Shown piece by piece: positions 51,001 through 62,920 of a stretch of DNA of 64,000 bases (positions are counted from its first letter, which is position 1; every line of letters begins with the position of its first letter). The position numbers and the translations under genes were made by a program. The notes beneath the pieces were generated by a model. It searched no databases and was not told where the DNA came from. It saw nothing but the letters and a program-made list of their open reading frames with translations. Source of the stretch: a virus. Location: positions 96,001-160,000 of IMG/VR virus record IMGVR_UViG_3300045988_122072; one strand, written 5' to 3'.

Positions 51001-54000
51001 TTTACGTTATTAAGCTCTGCGACATCAGTTGCTCTATTTTCTTCATAGCCTAAAAGTTGTCTGGATTTTGCCGTATTAGTGCCTGCCTGTTTAAGTGCAG
51101 TAAGTTTATCATTGGCTAGTTTTTCTAATGCCGCAAGACGAGCCTCTTGTTCTTTTTTGGTCATTTCAGAAACATCTTTTAATCCAGCAGCCGCAGATTC
51201 AGATCCAGCAGTCGCACTTTCAATGCCTTTTTCTATAGCTTTTTTAGCAACCTCCGATGTCTTCTTGACAACTTGTTCTGCACCAGTCTTGACAGTTTCA
51301 GCTATTGGAGTAGAATCAACTTCGCCAATTAATATATCAAGATTTTGAATGTCAGAATCTGATCCGCCATACAACTTAGCATATGCTCTATTGCGAGCTT
51401 CTGTTATATTAGCAATTTCTTCTTTTGATATACCACCATAGGCTTTCTGCTGTTCTATAGATAACTCTGCATCTCTAACTTCTCTTTCCAAAGCTTCTTT
51501 AATTCCAAGGAAATATGCATTTTTCTTTCTGTATAGATCTGCTAGATTTACGCGGAATCCTTTGCCATCGGTAAATACTTTATCTTCAGCAGTTTCTTCT
51601 TCTAAACGAGTAACATCTTCAGAAATTGTACTCATATATGCCGAGATGCTTTCTCCTAACTTTTTATTTACAGAATCATATATTCTCTTACGGAGACTTT
51701 TTTCTAATTCATCTGCTTGATTAAAAACGGTACTAACTTGCTTACCAAATGCTGTTTCAACTTGATCTTTGCCAGTACCCTTTGTCATTGTCATTCCACT
51801 TAATTTTGATTGTAAAATTCCTTTAAGCTGATCATCGACAGAATCTTCTCCAAAATTTTCAACCAATAATTTAGCGAAATTGTCATAATAAATATCAAAG
51901 AATTTTTGTGTCTTTTTATTAATAATATTTTTAATCTCTTCTCCATTATTTAACGATGCTCTTTTAACATCAAAAATACCTCTTACACGAGAAATTTCGC
52001 TTATCAGCTCATCGTTAGACAAGTCTTCATTCTTTAATATTTCTTCTATCGCAGCATTTTCGGCATTATTTATTTTTCTAAGTCTAGACTCTATTGCCTC
52101 TTGAATTTCCTGCTCCATAGTTGCCTGAGCAGTGTCCCATGCAGTTTGATGTAAAGCCACGCCAGCTTCATCATATTTAGACTTAACAAAATTAGAAGCA
52201 ACATCTTGGTACATATTGTTTATTACTTCAGAAATACGATTAGCAATTGCATTTTGAAGCTCATCAACTTTTTCTTGTGCTTTTTCATATAATGACGCCC
52301 TATAAGTTCTAAATTCATCTGTAGATGTGTAATTTGAAACGAACATCTTTTGCAGATTGTCTGCCGCAGATGATTTATTACCATATATAGTAGTAAATCC
52401 ACCTTGCTCTTTATTGAATGTAAGCTTTTGTGCTTTCTGAACATCTTTCGTATAATCTCCAAGCTTGCTAATTTGTTCATTATTTCTGATAATGACTTGT
52501 TGAAGCTCTTGAATTTTTTTAAGTGCATTAAACTTTTTCTGCTCAGGGGACAAACTTTCATCAAAAATATTGGATGAGTTAATGCCGTTAATTTCTTTAA
52601 GCTTATTATATAACTCTGTTACTTCTGTATTTATAATGTTTAAAGCTTGTGTTTTTTCACTAAGAGTTACTGGCGATGCCCCAGATTCCTCAAGCCTATT
52701 AATTTCCCGTACAAGTTCAAGCTCTTCGCTCTTTTTTTGATTATATTCAACTTGCAATTGAGCTACTTGTTTGTTTCTTTCTGCAATTTTTAATTCCTGT
52801 TCTGCTTTTTGAACTTGATTGTCTAAAGATTCTCTTTCTAACTCAATAGACTTTTTTTGTTCTACCAATGGCATCAACGAGGATCTTTGCGATGCAACAG
52901 TATCTTCATATTTATTAACAACGCTATTGCCAACTTCGTATTGTTGTAAAGGAAGTTTTGCCTTTTTAATATACGTACCATATTGCTGAATAATCGAAGA
53001 AATATAATTATTGATAACAGAATTTAGATTACTAATATCAGCGTTAATTTCTTTTTTTGATCTTGCATTATCAACAGATTCTTTCAAAGCATCTATTTTA
53101 CGCTGTAAGATTGCCTGAATTTCAGTGCTCCCTTTATCATTCGCTTCTTTTAATCTTTGTTTATAATCCTTTAATTCAGCCTTCGCATTATCATAGTTAC
53201 TTTTTTCATTAAATAATTCCGCTCTTTGCTGTAATAAAGTTTGTAGCTCTTTTGGGAAAATTTCTAAATTTGATAAATCAAAGTTCTTGCTATTTTTAAA
53301 TTGTTGAAGGGCATCAATCTGTTGTTTTAAAGAATCACGTACATTTTTTGAATTATAAAATGACTGTTTATCCATTCCAGCGAACAAATCTTTCAAATCT
53401 GCATCGTTTAACCCTAAATCATTGCTAATATTCATAATAGAATCAAATAGGCCGTTTAAACTCTCTTGTGCTGTTTGAATTTGAACTGCGACTTTATCAT
53501 ATTCCGCTGTTCCGGCCTGTTTCCCTTTAAGGATTTTCTCAAGAGAAGATAAATCCTGCTGCCTTTGTTTGTATTCCTCAATAGTGGTCTGTAACTGTTC
53601 AAAAAGATTATCATCAAGTTTCTGTTTTTGTTCTGTAACAGATTGCTGAATTTGTCTATTAATTTCCTGCAAAGTAGTCTCTTGTTCTTTTGCTTTTGAT
53701 TCAAATTCAGAAGAAACTTTTTCTCCCTTTTGAACCTTAGTATAATTAACAAGTCTACTTTTACTTTGTTCTAACTCATTTTGTTTATCTGCTAATTCAA
53801 TTTGATATTTAGACAACAATCCCTTATTTTCAGATTCCTTTGCGGCCGAAATTTTAGATTCAATTTCTTTAATTTCTTTGTCAATCGCTTCTTGTTTTTT
53901 TTGCTCAGTAGAAATGGCTTTACTTAAAAGCTCTGGAGATTCTTCGTATTTTTTATACTGCTTGGAAGTATTTACAGTAGTGGCCAATCTTGATTCTACT

Positions 54001-57000
54001 TGCTTTTTTGCCTCAAGTAGTTGAATATAATTATCAGATAAGTTTTTCCCTTCAAACTTTAATGTGCTTTTATTTGGAGTTTTGCTCTGATACTTAACCA
54101 TCAGATCATAAATGTCTTTTTGTTGTTTATAATCTGATTTAAGTGATTCTATTTCTGAAGATTCAGAATAAGAAAAAGATTTAACACTATCGAGCACACT
54201 TTGTGCTGAAGCAACTCCGTCTCTAGCAACCTGCAGCTTTTGATTTATTTCTTCTTCTTGCTTTGCGAGTTGAGCAAATTTTTCATCTCTTGCTTTCTTA
54301 GCTGCCTCTAATTGTTCAGAACTCTTTTGAATATTTTCTTCAGCGACAGAAAGCCTTTCTCCCCAATCAATAGAATATTCATCATTTACTTTAATTTGAG
54401 ACACGTCAAACGGTGCGGGTCTTGGGTTATCTTTTGAATAGAATTGGGTTTGCGCACTTAACTTTGCGTTCTTATTCAAAAGATTATTAATCATTCTTAA
54501 TGCTTTACGTTTTGACGTAGGGGAATCAGATCTGTCTATTATCGTAGGTCTATTAATACCTTCATAATAAATATCGGCATTCAGATCAGACAACATATTA
54601 TTGGAGATACCATAAGCTGTCATTTTACCTTTGCCATTTTTCGCACTAGCTATTTTTAGTCCGGCTCCCTTTTCTCCTTTTCCAAGTTGTCCCAATAATG
54701 TCTGTCTAGAAATAACAACATTATCACCAGCAACCATGCGATTTAACCAACTAACAATATCATTGGCAATTTTTGTAGACGCGTCATCCCCAGAAATTTT
54801 AGACATTGCATCAATAGCTGTTCTAAGAGCATCCCCATGTATAATTTCTTCAGATGGATTAACCCCAACCATAGAATTTAAAAGAGTTTTTGTATCCTCA
54901 CTTGCAGTCCCATAAAACTGCTTAAACATGTTTAATAATGCAGTATACTCATTGCTCTCGCCTTTGGATAAGCCTTTAGTGGCAATCACTTGTTTGTTGT
55001 ATTCATTTATATTAGAATATAATGTATTAATTGACTTCCCAATTTCATCAATATTAGCTTTATATTCTTCAGAAGAAGTTGTAGATTGTAAATCCTTTAA
55101 AAAACTACCTAGTTCAGATAACAGCTGCTTAGTGTCACCTTTTTCTCCTTTAAGCGAATCAATAACGTCTGCCGTTCTTGCATATTTCTGATAAAACTTT
55201 AGCATTTCTGGAGCATTATAGTCTCTATTAATTTTTTCATTGCCAGAAATTGTAGATAAGCCTAAAGATTTAAACAGAGATTCTAATGTGCCGCTTTTAC
55301 CAAGTAACGGGGATAATAGAGCAGTTTGATTCTTATAAGATCCCTTCCATTTACCTGATAGATCGGATAAGTCTGACCCCAAAAGTTCTCCCTTGAATCC
55401 GCCTGTCTTAGTATTCTTTTGCAAAAGCCCGGTTAAAACATTTCTCACATATTCTTCTGTCATTTTTGACAAATCAGTATCTTCGCCAAAAATATTCTGC
55501 AAATAATTCGCCATAGGAGATAGCTTTGCCACTTTTCCATTTGTCATCTTCACAGTTCTGTCGCTAACTTCTTCACCCTTGGCAATTTTATCATTCATTG
55601 CTTTTTGTTTTGAAAGTGACTTATAATATGTCTCTCCAAAATTTTTAGCAAATGCAGTAAGCTGGGCAACCGTTTTTGACATCAGCACCGCGCTCTTACT
55701 ATTTTCTGTAGATGCCATTTTCTGATCTCTTGCGGCATCCGATTGAGCATCAGCAGCTCCTAAATTTTCAGAAGCAGCTTTAGATTGATCTGACGCGGCG
55801 CTTGCTTGAGTATTTGCAGCAGAACTTTGAGTATCAGCAGCGGATGCACTAGAAGTTGTAACCCCACTACCCAAAACTGGCATTACTCCGCCAGAATAAG
55901 TTGCCCCAGAAATGTTTGCAGATATATTAAATGTCTTACTATTGAGAACATTTTCAATTTCTCCAATTAAAAACTCGCCATCTACATACAGTTTTAATGG
56001 CTGTTCGTTAAATAATGCTTCCATTGCAGAAGTAATATTGCTAATATCTTTATTATCAAGTTTTAGCATATTCATCAATTGAGCTTTAATTTCTCTAGCA
56101 TCCGCTTCAATTGAAGTTCTTGCATCATGAATAGACTTTTTTAACGATTCTAGTTGTTCTTTTAATTTTGCAGATGGATCTGTTTTTTCGCCTTCGCCTT
56201 CTTGTTTACTATCGTCAAACGCTATTGACATCGGGATTTTTTTGATTCTTGTCGTTTGTTTAATAATTTTATCAATAAAACCATTAATCTTTTCTACATA
56301 TGCATCAATTTCTGCATCTGCAGGAACATCAAGCTTTAATTCTATAGACTTCAGACCTGCTTTTTCAAGCATTTCTTGTAGCTGGCCTGATAATTGTTGC
56401 ACGGACTCTTTTGCACTATTCAATCTATTTTCTAATTCAGTTACAACTTTGTCTAAATTAGACCCATATGTACTTATTTCTTCCTTGAATGCCGAGCTGT
56501 TAATTCCAAGATCTTTTGATAAACTTCCAGAATATTTACGTCCGATTGCTATAATATTTTGAAGAACGTCTCCGAGCTTTTGTAGCTTATCTATAGGAAG
56601 ATTTTGCAAAAAGTCAACATCGACATCATTCCAGCCAACGATTTTATCAAATTCGTCACCTAGCTTGCCGAATTCTTTAACTATATCTTTATTTTTTAAA
56701 TCAATTGTAATTTCTGGATTTTTTAACTTTGCTAAAAAGTCTTCCATTTCCTTGCCCTTTTTGGCAAGACCCATATCAGAATTTTTAAATTTATTTACCA
56801 CATTAATAGCCGCATTAAAAGATGTAACAATCTTATTTGCAGTCTGTTCTACACTAGTTTGTGTTTTGACTGCATCAACTGTAATATCTTTAAAAAAAGT
56901 TTTTCCAGTTGGATGATTACTTTTATATTGTTGTCCAATCGTATTATAAAACCCAACAATTTTTGCAGCAAGCCCATCGAACCCTTCACCGGCCTCCGAA

Positions 57001-57656
57001 AGCTGTGGCATCATGCCCTTAAGATCGGTCAAAGTTTGTGCAAGCGCTCTGCTGCTTACGTCCCACCCCTTGTTTGTTGCTTGTGTAAGACCAATCTGAA
57101 ACTCACTAACCATTTGGGTCAATTGCCCCATTAAAGAGCTAAGCTTTTCTTTATCGGTTGATTTGCTAATATCATTAATAATGCCTTTAATAGACTCTGC
57201 GGTATCCTTAAGTTTACCAGTCGCTCCCTTTTCGTCATAAACAAATAGATCTGAAAGTCTGGAAAATAGATCAGACGGAAGTGATTTAACAGTATCACTA
57301 AGGCTTGCAAAATTTTCTCTAATATCTTTGATACTTCCAGAAAGTTTTGCAATATCATCCCTATTTTGCTTTAATCCGTCAAAAATCTTAGGTGCGCTAA
57401 CGCCGCCTAATTCTCTTTCAAGCTGAAGCAATCTATCTACAGATTCAACAATGTCCGCAGTTTGCTGTTTTACTTGCTCAAATCCTTTATTCCCTTTATT
57501 CTGAATACCAGAGTCAAAACTCTTTTGCGTTGCTTTAATTTTTTTATCTAAATTTTCTAAACCATCACTTAATGTTTTTAATTCTTTTTGATAATCTTTA
57601 TTTAATTCAACAGTAATACCATACGCATATTGCGCACTAGGCCCTCTGCTACCCAT
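48060..57656 (-). CDS. Tape measure protein, exon 1 (about 3199 codons)
   Basis: ATG 57656 follows GAGGTG (TTG 57674 is also possible). Very long K/E/Q/L-rich coiled coil. It ends in the TP901-type core ...LNEIGNNFAISSDGIATALQDSASSLMAAGNNLEQSVALVAAA. The ORF-track tail IFYGCSYRNI* is intron read-through. Confidence 0.75.
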
Positions 57657-57666
57657 ACTTTTCACC

Positions 57667-58158
57667 TCACCCAATTCTTCTTAATCCTTGTGACTGGAAA
57701 TAAGAATCCATTTCAAATATATATGTTTCTTCAAATTTTTCCATTTTTTCTCCAACTGGCGTTCCAATAAAAGTGCCTGAATATCCTGGCCAGCCATGTG
57801 CTCCGATAGCAAAATCGCTCATAATAATACCACCAATACCAGAACCCCATCCATCTTTTGCGCCAACATCTCGATTGTACACTTTAGAGAAATCTGCCCC
57901 TCTGTCCGTAAATCTTACTCCTGTTTGTATTTTATTTGCATTCCATAATGTATATGGAGCATAACCATAATCTCTTAAAGTATCTGTTCTTTCGTAATTA
58001 TCAGAACTATATTCGCTATAATAATTATCCATCCAGCGCTTTGCCTCTTTCGTAAAATCAACTCTCGCCTTTTTTGCTGCCCCGTTAACAATGCCTCTGG
58101 TATTTTTCTCCGTATCTTGCATAATCTTATCAATAAAAGCTTTCATGGTTGATGCCAT
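57667..58158 (-). CDS. hypothetical structural-module protein (163 aa)
   Basis: ATG after AAGGAG. The gene lies immediately upstream of the tape-measure gene. Confidence 0.6.
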   Translation of the reverse strand: MASTMKAFIDKIMQDTEKNTRGIVNGAAKKARVDFTKEAKRWMDNYYSEYSSDNYERTDTLRDYGYAPYTLWNANKIQTGVRFTDRGADFSKVYNRDVGAKDGWGSGIGGIIMSDFAIGAHGWPGYSGTFIGTPVGEKMEKFEETYIFEMDSYFQSQGLRRIG

Positions 58159-58172
58159 ATTTATCCGCTCCT

Positions 58173-58739
58173 TTACATGGCATTAAGAAATTTTTGCAGT
58201 CCTTCTAAATCAGACGCATTTAAATTCATTTGAAAATCATTTATCTTGTTTTGAACTGTCTCAATAAGCCCAGATAGAGATCCAGATAATTTTTGAACGC
58301 CAGATCCAACAACATTAGAAATATTATTATTATTTTCAATCATATCTCCATACATCATATTTAATATGTCATTTGTTTTTCTGTAATCATCTTCAAAAGT
58401 TGCAATAACAGGGTCTAATAACCCATTCTCACATAACATGTCATACTCTTTATATAAATCAAGCCCACTTGCAGAAAACTCTAGATTCGTATGTGCTTGT
58501 AATATTGCAATTGTAAATTGAAAATATTTCTTAAAAGAATCTACTTTAATGATTCCGAATTCCTCTTCAGTGCATTCTGATAAAACATTATTAACTAAGC
58601 GTAATTTATCAATCACAGGAATATAATCCTTAACTTCCAATGTCTTTTTAATAAAATCAGACATTGCGTTTGCGTTAGTTTTGCTATAAATTTTGCCCTT
58701 GTTGGCTTCCATAATCTCTACAAATTTCTCGATTTTCAT
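58173..58739 (-). CDS. possible tail assembly chaperone (position-based call)
   Basis: 188-aa acidic protein two genes upstream of the tape-measure gene. I saw no slippery frameshift site. Confidence 0.35.
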   Translation of the reverse strand: MKIEKFVEIMEANKGKIYSKTNANAMSDFIKKTLEVKDYIPVIDKLRLVNNVLSECTEEEFGIIKVDSFKKYFQFTIAILQAHTNLEFSASGLDLYKEYDMLCENGLLDPVIATFEDDYRKTNDILNMMYGDMIENNNNISNVVGSGVQKLSGSLSGLIETVQNKINDFQMNLNASDLEGLQKFLNAM

Positions 58740-58783
58740 TGTATAACTCCTCCTAAAATAATTTATTTAATACGGCGTCACCA

Positions 58784-59278
58784 TTAGATTTCGATATCAA
58801 TATCATTATTTCTCATTCGGTGGAATCCTGCATTAATGCAGCAAGCTTCCATTTCATCTTCATATCTATCAATTCCAAATTCATTTTTTGCAAATTCAAT
58901 ACTTTGATTCTTAAGTTCTTCTCTCTTTACTTTCGGCCCTTGCCTAAATTTAAGTGCAGAACGCCATTGAGTTGGAGCAATAACACGGAACCCAATGTCC
59001 ATTGCATAACACATACCCATAATAGCCCCTTGCAACTGACATAATACTTTATATGTTGCTCCATTTCCTCCCTGCATTTGTGTATCTTCTATTACAACTA
59101 AACTTGGTTTCTCCATATCAATGACTTCATGTATGCCCTCATACATTTCTTTAAATCTACTTTGTAAATCTTTATTTTTATGCTTATCTACAAGACCGCT
59201 ATGATCATATTCGCCATTAATAAACACGCTGTATCCTGAACGAGTCGTACTTTGATCAAACGCCAATATTACACTCAT
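58784..59278 (-). CDS. RuvC-like Holliday junction resolvase
   Basis: ATG 59278 follows GAGGAGGAG. VILAFDQSTTRSGYSVF and LVVIEDTQMQ provide the RuvC-fold catalytic D and E positions. Confidence 0.65.
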   Translation of the reverse strand: MSVILAFDQSTTRSGYSVFINGEYDHSGLVDKHKNKDLQSRFKEMYEGIHEVIDMEKPSLVVIEDTQMQGGNGATYKVLCQLQGAIMGMCYAMDIGFRVIAPTQWRSALKFRQGPKVKREELKNQSIEFAKNEFGIDRYEDEMEACCINAGFHRMRNNDIDIEI

Positions 59279-59370
59279 ATAACTCCTCCTCATCATCATT
59301 ACAAATTTCCGTAAACCTACATTACGAGTTGCAAACTTACGCAAACCTATAATGCAACTCCTTTTATCCT

Positions 59371-59397
59371 TTTAAAAAAGGGGAGCATAAGCTCCCC
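59371..59397 (-). terminator. Rho-independent terminator after the lysis genes
   Basis: The minus strand reads GGGGAGC-TTAT-GCTCCCC followed by TTTTTT. Confidence 0.8.
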
Positions 59398-59402
59398 TAA
59401 TA

Positions 59403-59732
59403 TTACCATTCAACTTTAGTTCTTAACTCAGTAACAGCCGCCTTAATATAAGCAGTTAGTTCCTCATCAGAAATTGTAATGCCCTTCTTTGCCAAAGCCT
59501 TCTTTGCTTCATTCCATGCATATTCTGCCTTAGTAAGACCGAGTTTTTCAAGGTCGCCAGTAATCTGCAACTCCTGTGCGGCACTTACAACCTGTGATGC
59601 AATCTCAATGGCTGTCTTTATTTTCTCATTCTTTAGCTTAGTGTTAATCCAAGGAATAACGAATGTGGTAATGACAGTACTCAATAGACCAATTAATGCG
59701 ATAACAATCTTAGTAATATCAACAGATCCCAT
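59403..59732 (-). CDS. Holin, LL-H family-like
   Basis: N-terminal TM helix IVIALIGLLSTVITTFVIPWI, followed by an amphipathic A/K/E-rich tail as in LL-H holins. Adjacent to the endolysin. Confidence 0.6.
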   Translation of the reverse strand: MGSVDITKIVIALIGLLSTVITTFVIPWINTKLKNEKIKTAIEIASQVVSAAQELQITGDLEKLGLTKAEYAWNEAKKALAKKGITISDEELTAYIKAAVTELRTKVEW

Positions 59733-59748
59733 AATATCTCCTCCTCGC

Positions 59749-59997
59749 TTAATACTGATCCTTAAATGTATCTTCTGTCGGTTCTATGCCATATTTTTGC
59801 ATTAGCTTAATCTTATTTTCTGCCTTTGCTTTGGCATAATAAAAACCCGTCCCAGTCGCTACCTCACCCGCAACAGACGGGATTAAATAGCATAATGGGG
59901 ACAGGTCTCGTGTAATGGCGATCATTGCGCAAGAAAACCCAACGACAAGTATGTTAATAATAGCGGCAACAATAAGAATCTTTTTTGAAAATTCCAT
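59749..59997 (-). CDS. Small two-TM holin-like protein
   Basis: ATG 59997 follows GAGGTG. Two hydrophobic helices. Lies directly after the endolysin stop. Confidence 0.55.
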   Translation of the reverse strand: MEFSKKILIVAAIINILVVGFSCAMIAITRDLSPLCYLIPSVAGEVATGTGFYYAKAKAENKIKLMQKYGIEPTEDTFKDQY

Positions 59998-60007
59998 TTT
60001 CAACACC

Positions 60008-61204
60008 TCATTTTAAATATCCACTATGCATGAATCCAACTTTACCAGAAGCGGTTTGTACATATAGCCATTCTCCAGTATAATAACCAAAACATTGTAC
60101 CTTAGTACCATATGGTAAAATACCTAAACTTGTCTTGTTGGAACCTGCACCAGCTCTTAGATGTAAACCAACATCTGCATTGACCGTATATGTGCCTTCC
60201 TTAGACTTGCTAAAACTTTGTGGATTCTCAACGTTGCCTTTTGCAGGTGCATTTGCCGTATAAACAACATTGCCCTTGTCATCAAACACACTATACCCAG
60301 TCTTGCATGCCTTCTTCGCATTCTCCAAAGAACTGTACGCACCAAGCTGAGAAGATGCATCTGCCCAAGTCTTTCTTACACGATATAATGTAGCTGGGGC
60401 CGATGCAACAGGATATACTACATTACCCTTTTCATCAAATACCTTATATCCATTTGGGCAAGACTTCTTCGCATTTTCCAAAGAAGAGAATGCACCAATT
60501 TGCGAGGACACATCCGCCCAAGACTTTCTCACACGATATAGCTGCTTTGCTGGAGCAGGAGTAGGAGTTGAAGTGTTTGTTTTAAGTAACTCATTAACAC
60601 GTCTTCTTAACATGCCCATTGTATAGCCGTGTCTTGGCCACCAGTTATCAGGGTCATTATGATCGCTGCCATACCCACGCTGACCAGCTTCATTATGCGA
60701 AACGATTTCTGTAATTGATGGATAGGCACGCATTAAGTGTGCACATAACTCTGCGGCAAGTTCAAATGTCTCTTTGCAATAGTTTGCGCTAGAATGGTCA
60801 TCTTCACAAATCTCAAACTGAATTGCACAATTATTGTAAGAGCCATATCTACCAGCGCCAACGCCCCAGCAGCGCATTTCCCATGGTAGAGTTTGTACTA
60901 CTGCCAATGAGCCATCGGATATCTTGCCTAGAAATGCATGTACACAGACCTGTAAACCGCCTCTATTCCAATCATTTCTATAATTATTTGTGCCAAGAAT
61001 AGATAACATCTCTGTACGAGAAAATGTTTTTCTTTGCGGTAAATACTCTTCCATGCCGCTAGTCTGCCCAGAATATGGCTGAACATAACGTTTTACTGTG
61101 TTGTTATTTGCACCAGTACTATGTACTACAATTTTTGTCGGAGTAATTTTTACCCCTCTCTTATAACAGTCATTTTGTTCTAATAAACATTGATATAACT
61201 TCAT
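60008..61204 (-). CDS. Endolysin: N-acetylmuramoyl-L-alanine amidase plus two cell-wall-binding repeats plus SH3b
   Basis: N-terminal IVVHSTGANN...H...WW amidase_2-like region. Two copies of LYRVRK(S/T)WAD.SSQ.GA(F/Y)SSLENAKK.C..GY.VFD.KGNVVY. C-terminal SH3-like GLHLRAGAG...WLYVQTASGKVGFMHSGYL. Confidence 0.8.
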   Translation of the reverse strand: MKLYQCLLEQNDCYKRGVKITPTKIVVHSTGANNNTVKRYVQPYSGQTSGMEEYLPQRKTFSRTEMLSILGTNNYRNDWNRGGLQVCVHAFLGKISDGSLAVVQTLPWEMRCWGVGAGRYGSYNNCAIQFEICEDDHSSANYCKETFELAAELCAHLMRAYPSITEIVSHNEAGQRGYGSDHNDPDNWWPRHGYTMGMLRRRVNELLKTNTSTPTPAPAKQLYRVRKSWADVSSQIGAFSSLENAKKSCPNGYKVFDEKGNVVYPVASAPATLYRVRKTWADASSQLGAYSSLENAKKACKTGYSVFDDKGNVVYTANAPAKGNVENPQSFSKSKEGTYTVNADVGLHLRAGAGSNKTSLGILPYGTKVQCFGYYTGEWLYVQTASGKVGFMHSGYLK

Positions 61205-61237
61205 AATAATATTTCCTCCCTTTTATCCATAAAATAG

Positions 61238-62323
61238 TTAAGGTTCCCAAGTAATAGAATAATAAAGAGACTTTAAACCACCAGCAGCGACCCAAATACC
61301 ATTCTCATTACACACCTTATTAACTGCCATAGTTACCTCTGTGCATTGCGTCCATGTTTGCCCATCTGTAGAATAATATAGACCATTTGATGAACTTTTC
61401 CCACATGCTATCCAGACACCATTAGAATAATAAAGGTAATTAAATGAACCAGTTGTTATATTACTTGCAGTCCATGTTGTTCCATCAGAAGAATAGTATA
61501 GTCCGTTACCACCATTACCTCCTGCAACCCATATGCCATTGTTGCGGCAAACACAACTACATGCAGAAGTAATATTCGACGCTACCCATACTCTGCCGTT
61601 TGCAGAACGGTATATACCTGCATTACCACAAGCAATCCATAATCCATCTGCAAAATAAACATCCCACCAAGATCCCCCAGACACAGTTCCGCTCGACCAT
61701 GTGTACCCATCGGTGGAGTACCATAACCCTTGGCCCCCGCTTGCCGTAACCCAAATTCCATCTGCACAATAAACAGAAAAGATAGTACTGGATGTTAATG
61801 CTGTACTTTTCCTCCATTTTGTTTTTGGGCTATTAGAATAATAAATACCATTGTCTGCAAGCCCAGCAATCCAATATGTTCCAGATTTATATAATAAAAT
61901 ACAATTATTTGTAGTAAGGCTAGACTGAGTCCATGTTTTACCATCTTCTGAATAATATATGCCATTACCGTAGCTACCAGCAAGCCAAAGGCCATCGGCA
62001 TAGGCAACAACGGCAAAAGGAATTGTTAGCCCTGCACTCGTCCAGTTCTTACCATCTGTTGACCAAAACAAACTTTTGTCACCAGAAGATGCCGCAACCC
62101 AAATACCATTACCATAACAAACATCAGCAAAAGACACCGCAGTAGTAGCGGCGCTCTTTGTCCATTTTGTCCCATTAGGATATGGTTCCTTGATGCTATT
62201 AATTGCTGTTACCATGCCAGTTGGACATGATAATTCTCCTGTACTACCGGACTTTATGCGTATAGCATCTGCAATAGTAGTCATAGTTGTACCTTTAATT
62301 AAATATTCATCTGCTACCGCCAT
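61238..62323 (-). CDS. BNR/Asp-box repeat beta-propeller protein (likely receptor-binding)
   Basis: At least five S/T-x-D-G-x-(T/N)-W-T boxes (STDGKNWTS, SEDGKTWTQ, STDGYTWSS, SSDGTTWTA, STDGQTWTQ), each preceded by G(I/L)(Y/W)YS. Confidence 0.7.
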   Translation of the reverse strand: MAVADEYLIKGTTMTTIADAIRIKSGSTGELSCPTGMVTAINSIKEPYPNGTKWTKSAATTAVSFADVCYGNGIWVAASSGDKSLFWSTDGKNWTSAGLTIPFAVVAYADGLWLAGSYGNGIYYSEDGKTWTQSSLTTNNCILLYKSGTYWIAGLADNGIYYSNSPKTKWRKSTALTSSTIFSVYCADGIWVTASGGQGLWYSTDGYTWSSGTVSGGSWWDVYFADGLWIACGNAGIYRSANGRVWVASNITSACSCVCRNNGIWVAGGNGGNGLYYSSDGTTWTASNITTGSFNYLYYSNGVWIACGKSSSNGLYYSTDGQTWTQCTEVTMAVNKVCNENGIWVAAGGLKSLYYSITWEP

Positions 62324-62853
62324 TAGAAATTCACTCCTTCCGCACTAGGAACTGCAACTGCTCGCCAATACCCATTTACAACCCTCATGAACTTTCCATT
62401 ATCTGCTTGTGACGCCGTTTTTTCAAGCAGAGCAGTATTTCCATAAGAAAATCCTTCCTCGCTAGAAAAATATGCTGCTAGAGTTGGGTCTGCCGCTTCA
62501 AGTGGTTTAACCCAAATTTCTTTATACCAGAATGGATCGTCCGACACATACTCACGAATTACTTGTCTGACAGTACTGCCATTGCAATTTGACGTTGTAA
62601 TAGTTAAGTATTCTCTAGAATTGTAACCCCCTGCCAAATCAATGTAATACATACCATCATCCATTAGATATGTACCATCAGGATTAAGCATAAATCCCCA
62701 ATATTGTGAGGTATTCGCTGCATCCCCGCCATTTTCAAGCATCTTAGTATACTGCGGAGTCCAATCAACAAATGGAGATGTAGTTACATCACCGGTCTTA
62801 CCATTAACCGATGTAACAATAGGAGTCACAATTTGTAATTTTTTAGTTGACAT
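62323..62853 (-). CDS. tail-fibre-associated protein (176 aa)
   Basis: ATG 62853 follows AAGGAGGAGGA. The N-terminal VTSVNGKTGDV motif is common in phage fibre proteins. Confidence 0.5.
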   Translation of the reverse strand: MSTKKLQIVTPIVTSVNGKTGDVTTSPFVDWTPQYTKMLENGGDAANTSQYWGFMLNPDGTYLMDDGMYYIDLAGGYNSREYLTITTSNCNGSTVRQVIREYVSDDPFWYKEIWVKPLEAADPTLAAYFSSEEGFSYGNTALLEKTASQADNGKFMRVVNGYWRAVAVPSAEGVNF

Positions 62854-62920
62854 TCTTACATCCTCCTCCTTATTTTTAATATTTATAATGGCGCAAGGAT
62901 GCTGGCCCTGCGCCATATAT

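Noticed and set aside
37695-57674. Numerous 60-115-aa ORFs on the plus strand antisense to the tape-measure gene (for example 38772-39056, 45238-45555, 49284-49631 and 56242-56562).
   Set aside because: They are low-complexity mirror images of a coiled-coil gene, with no SD sites or start-context support. Long AT-rich repetitive genes are expected to produce them by chance.
57667-58739. Programmed -1 frameshift (G/GT-type) between the two genes upstream of the tape-measure gene.
   Set aside because: The two ORFs are separated by 14 nt that contain an independent AAGGAG plus ATG. I saw no slippery heptamer or overlapping extended frame.
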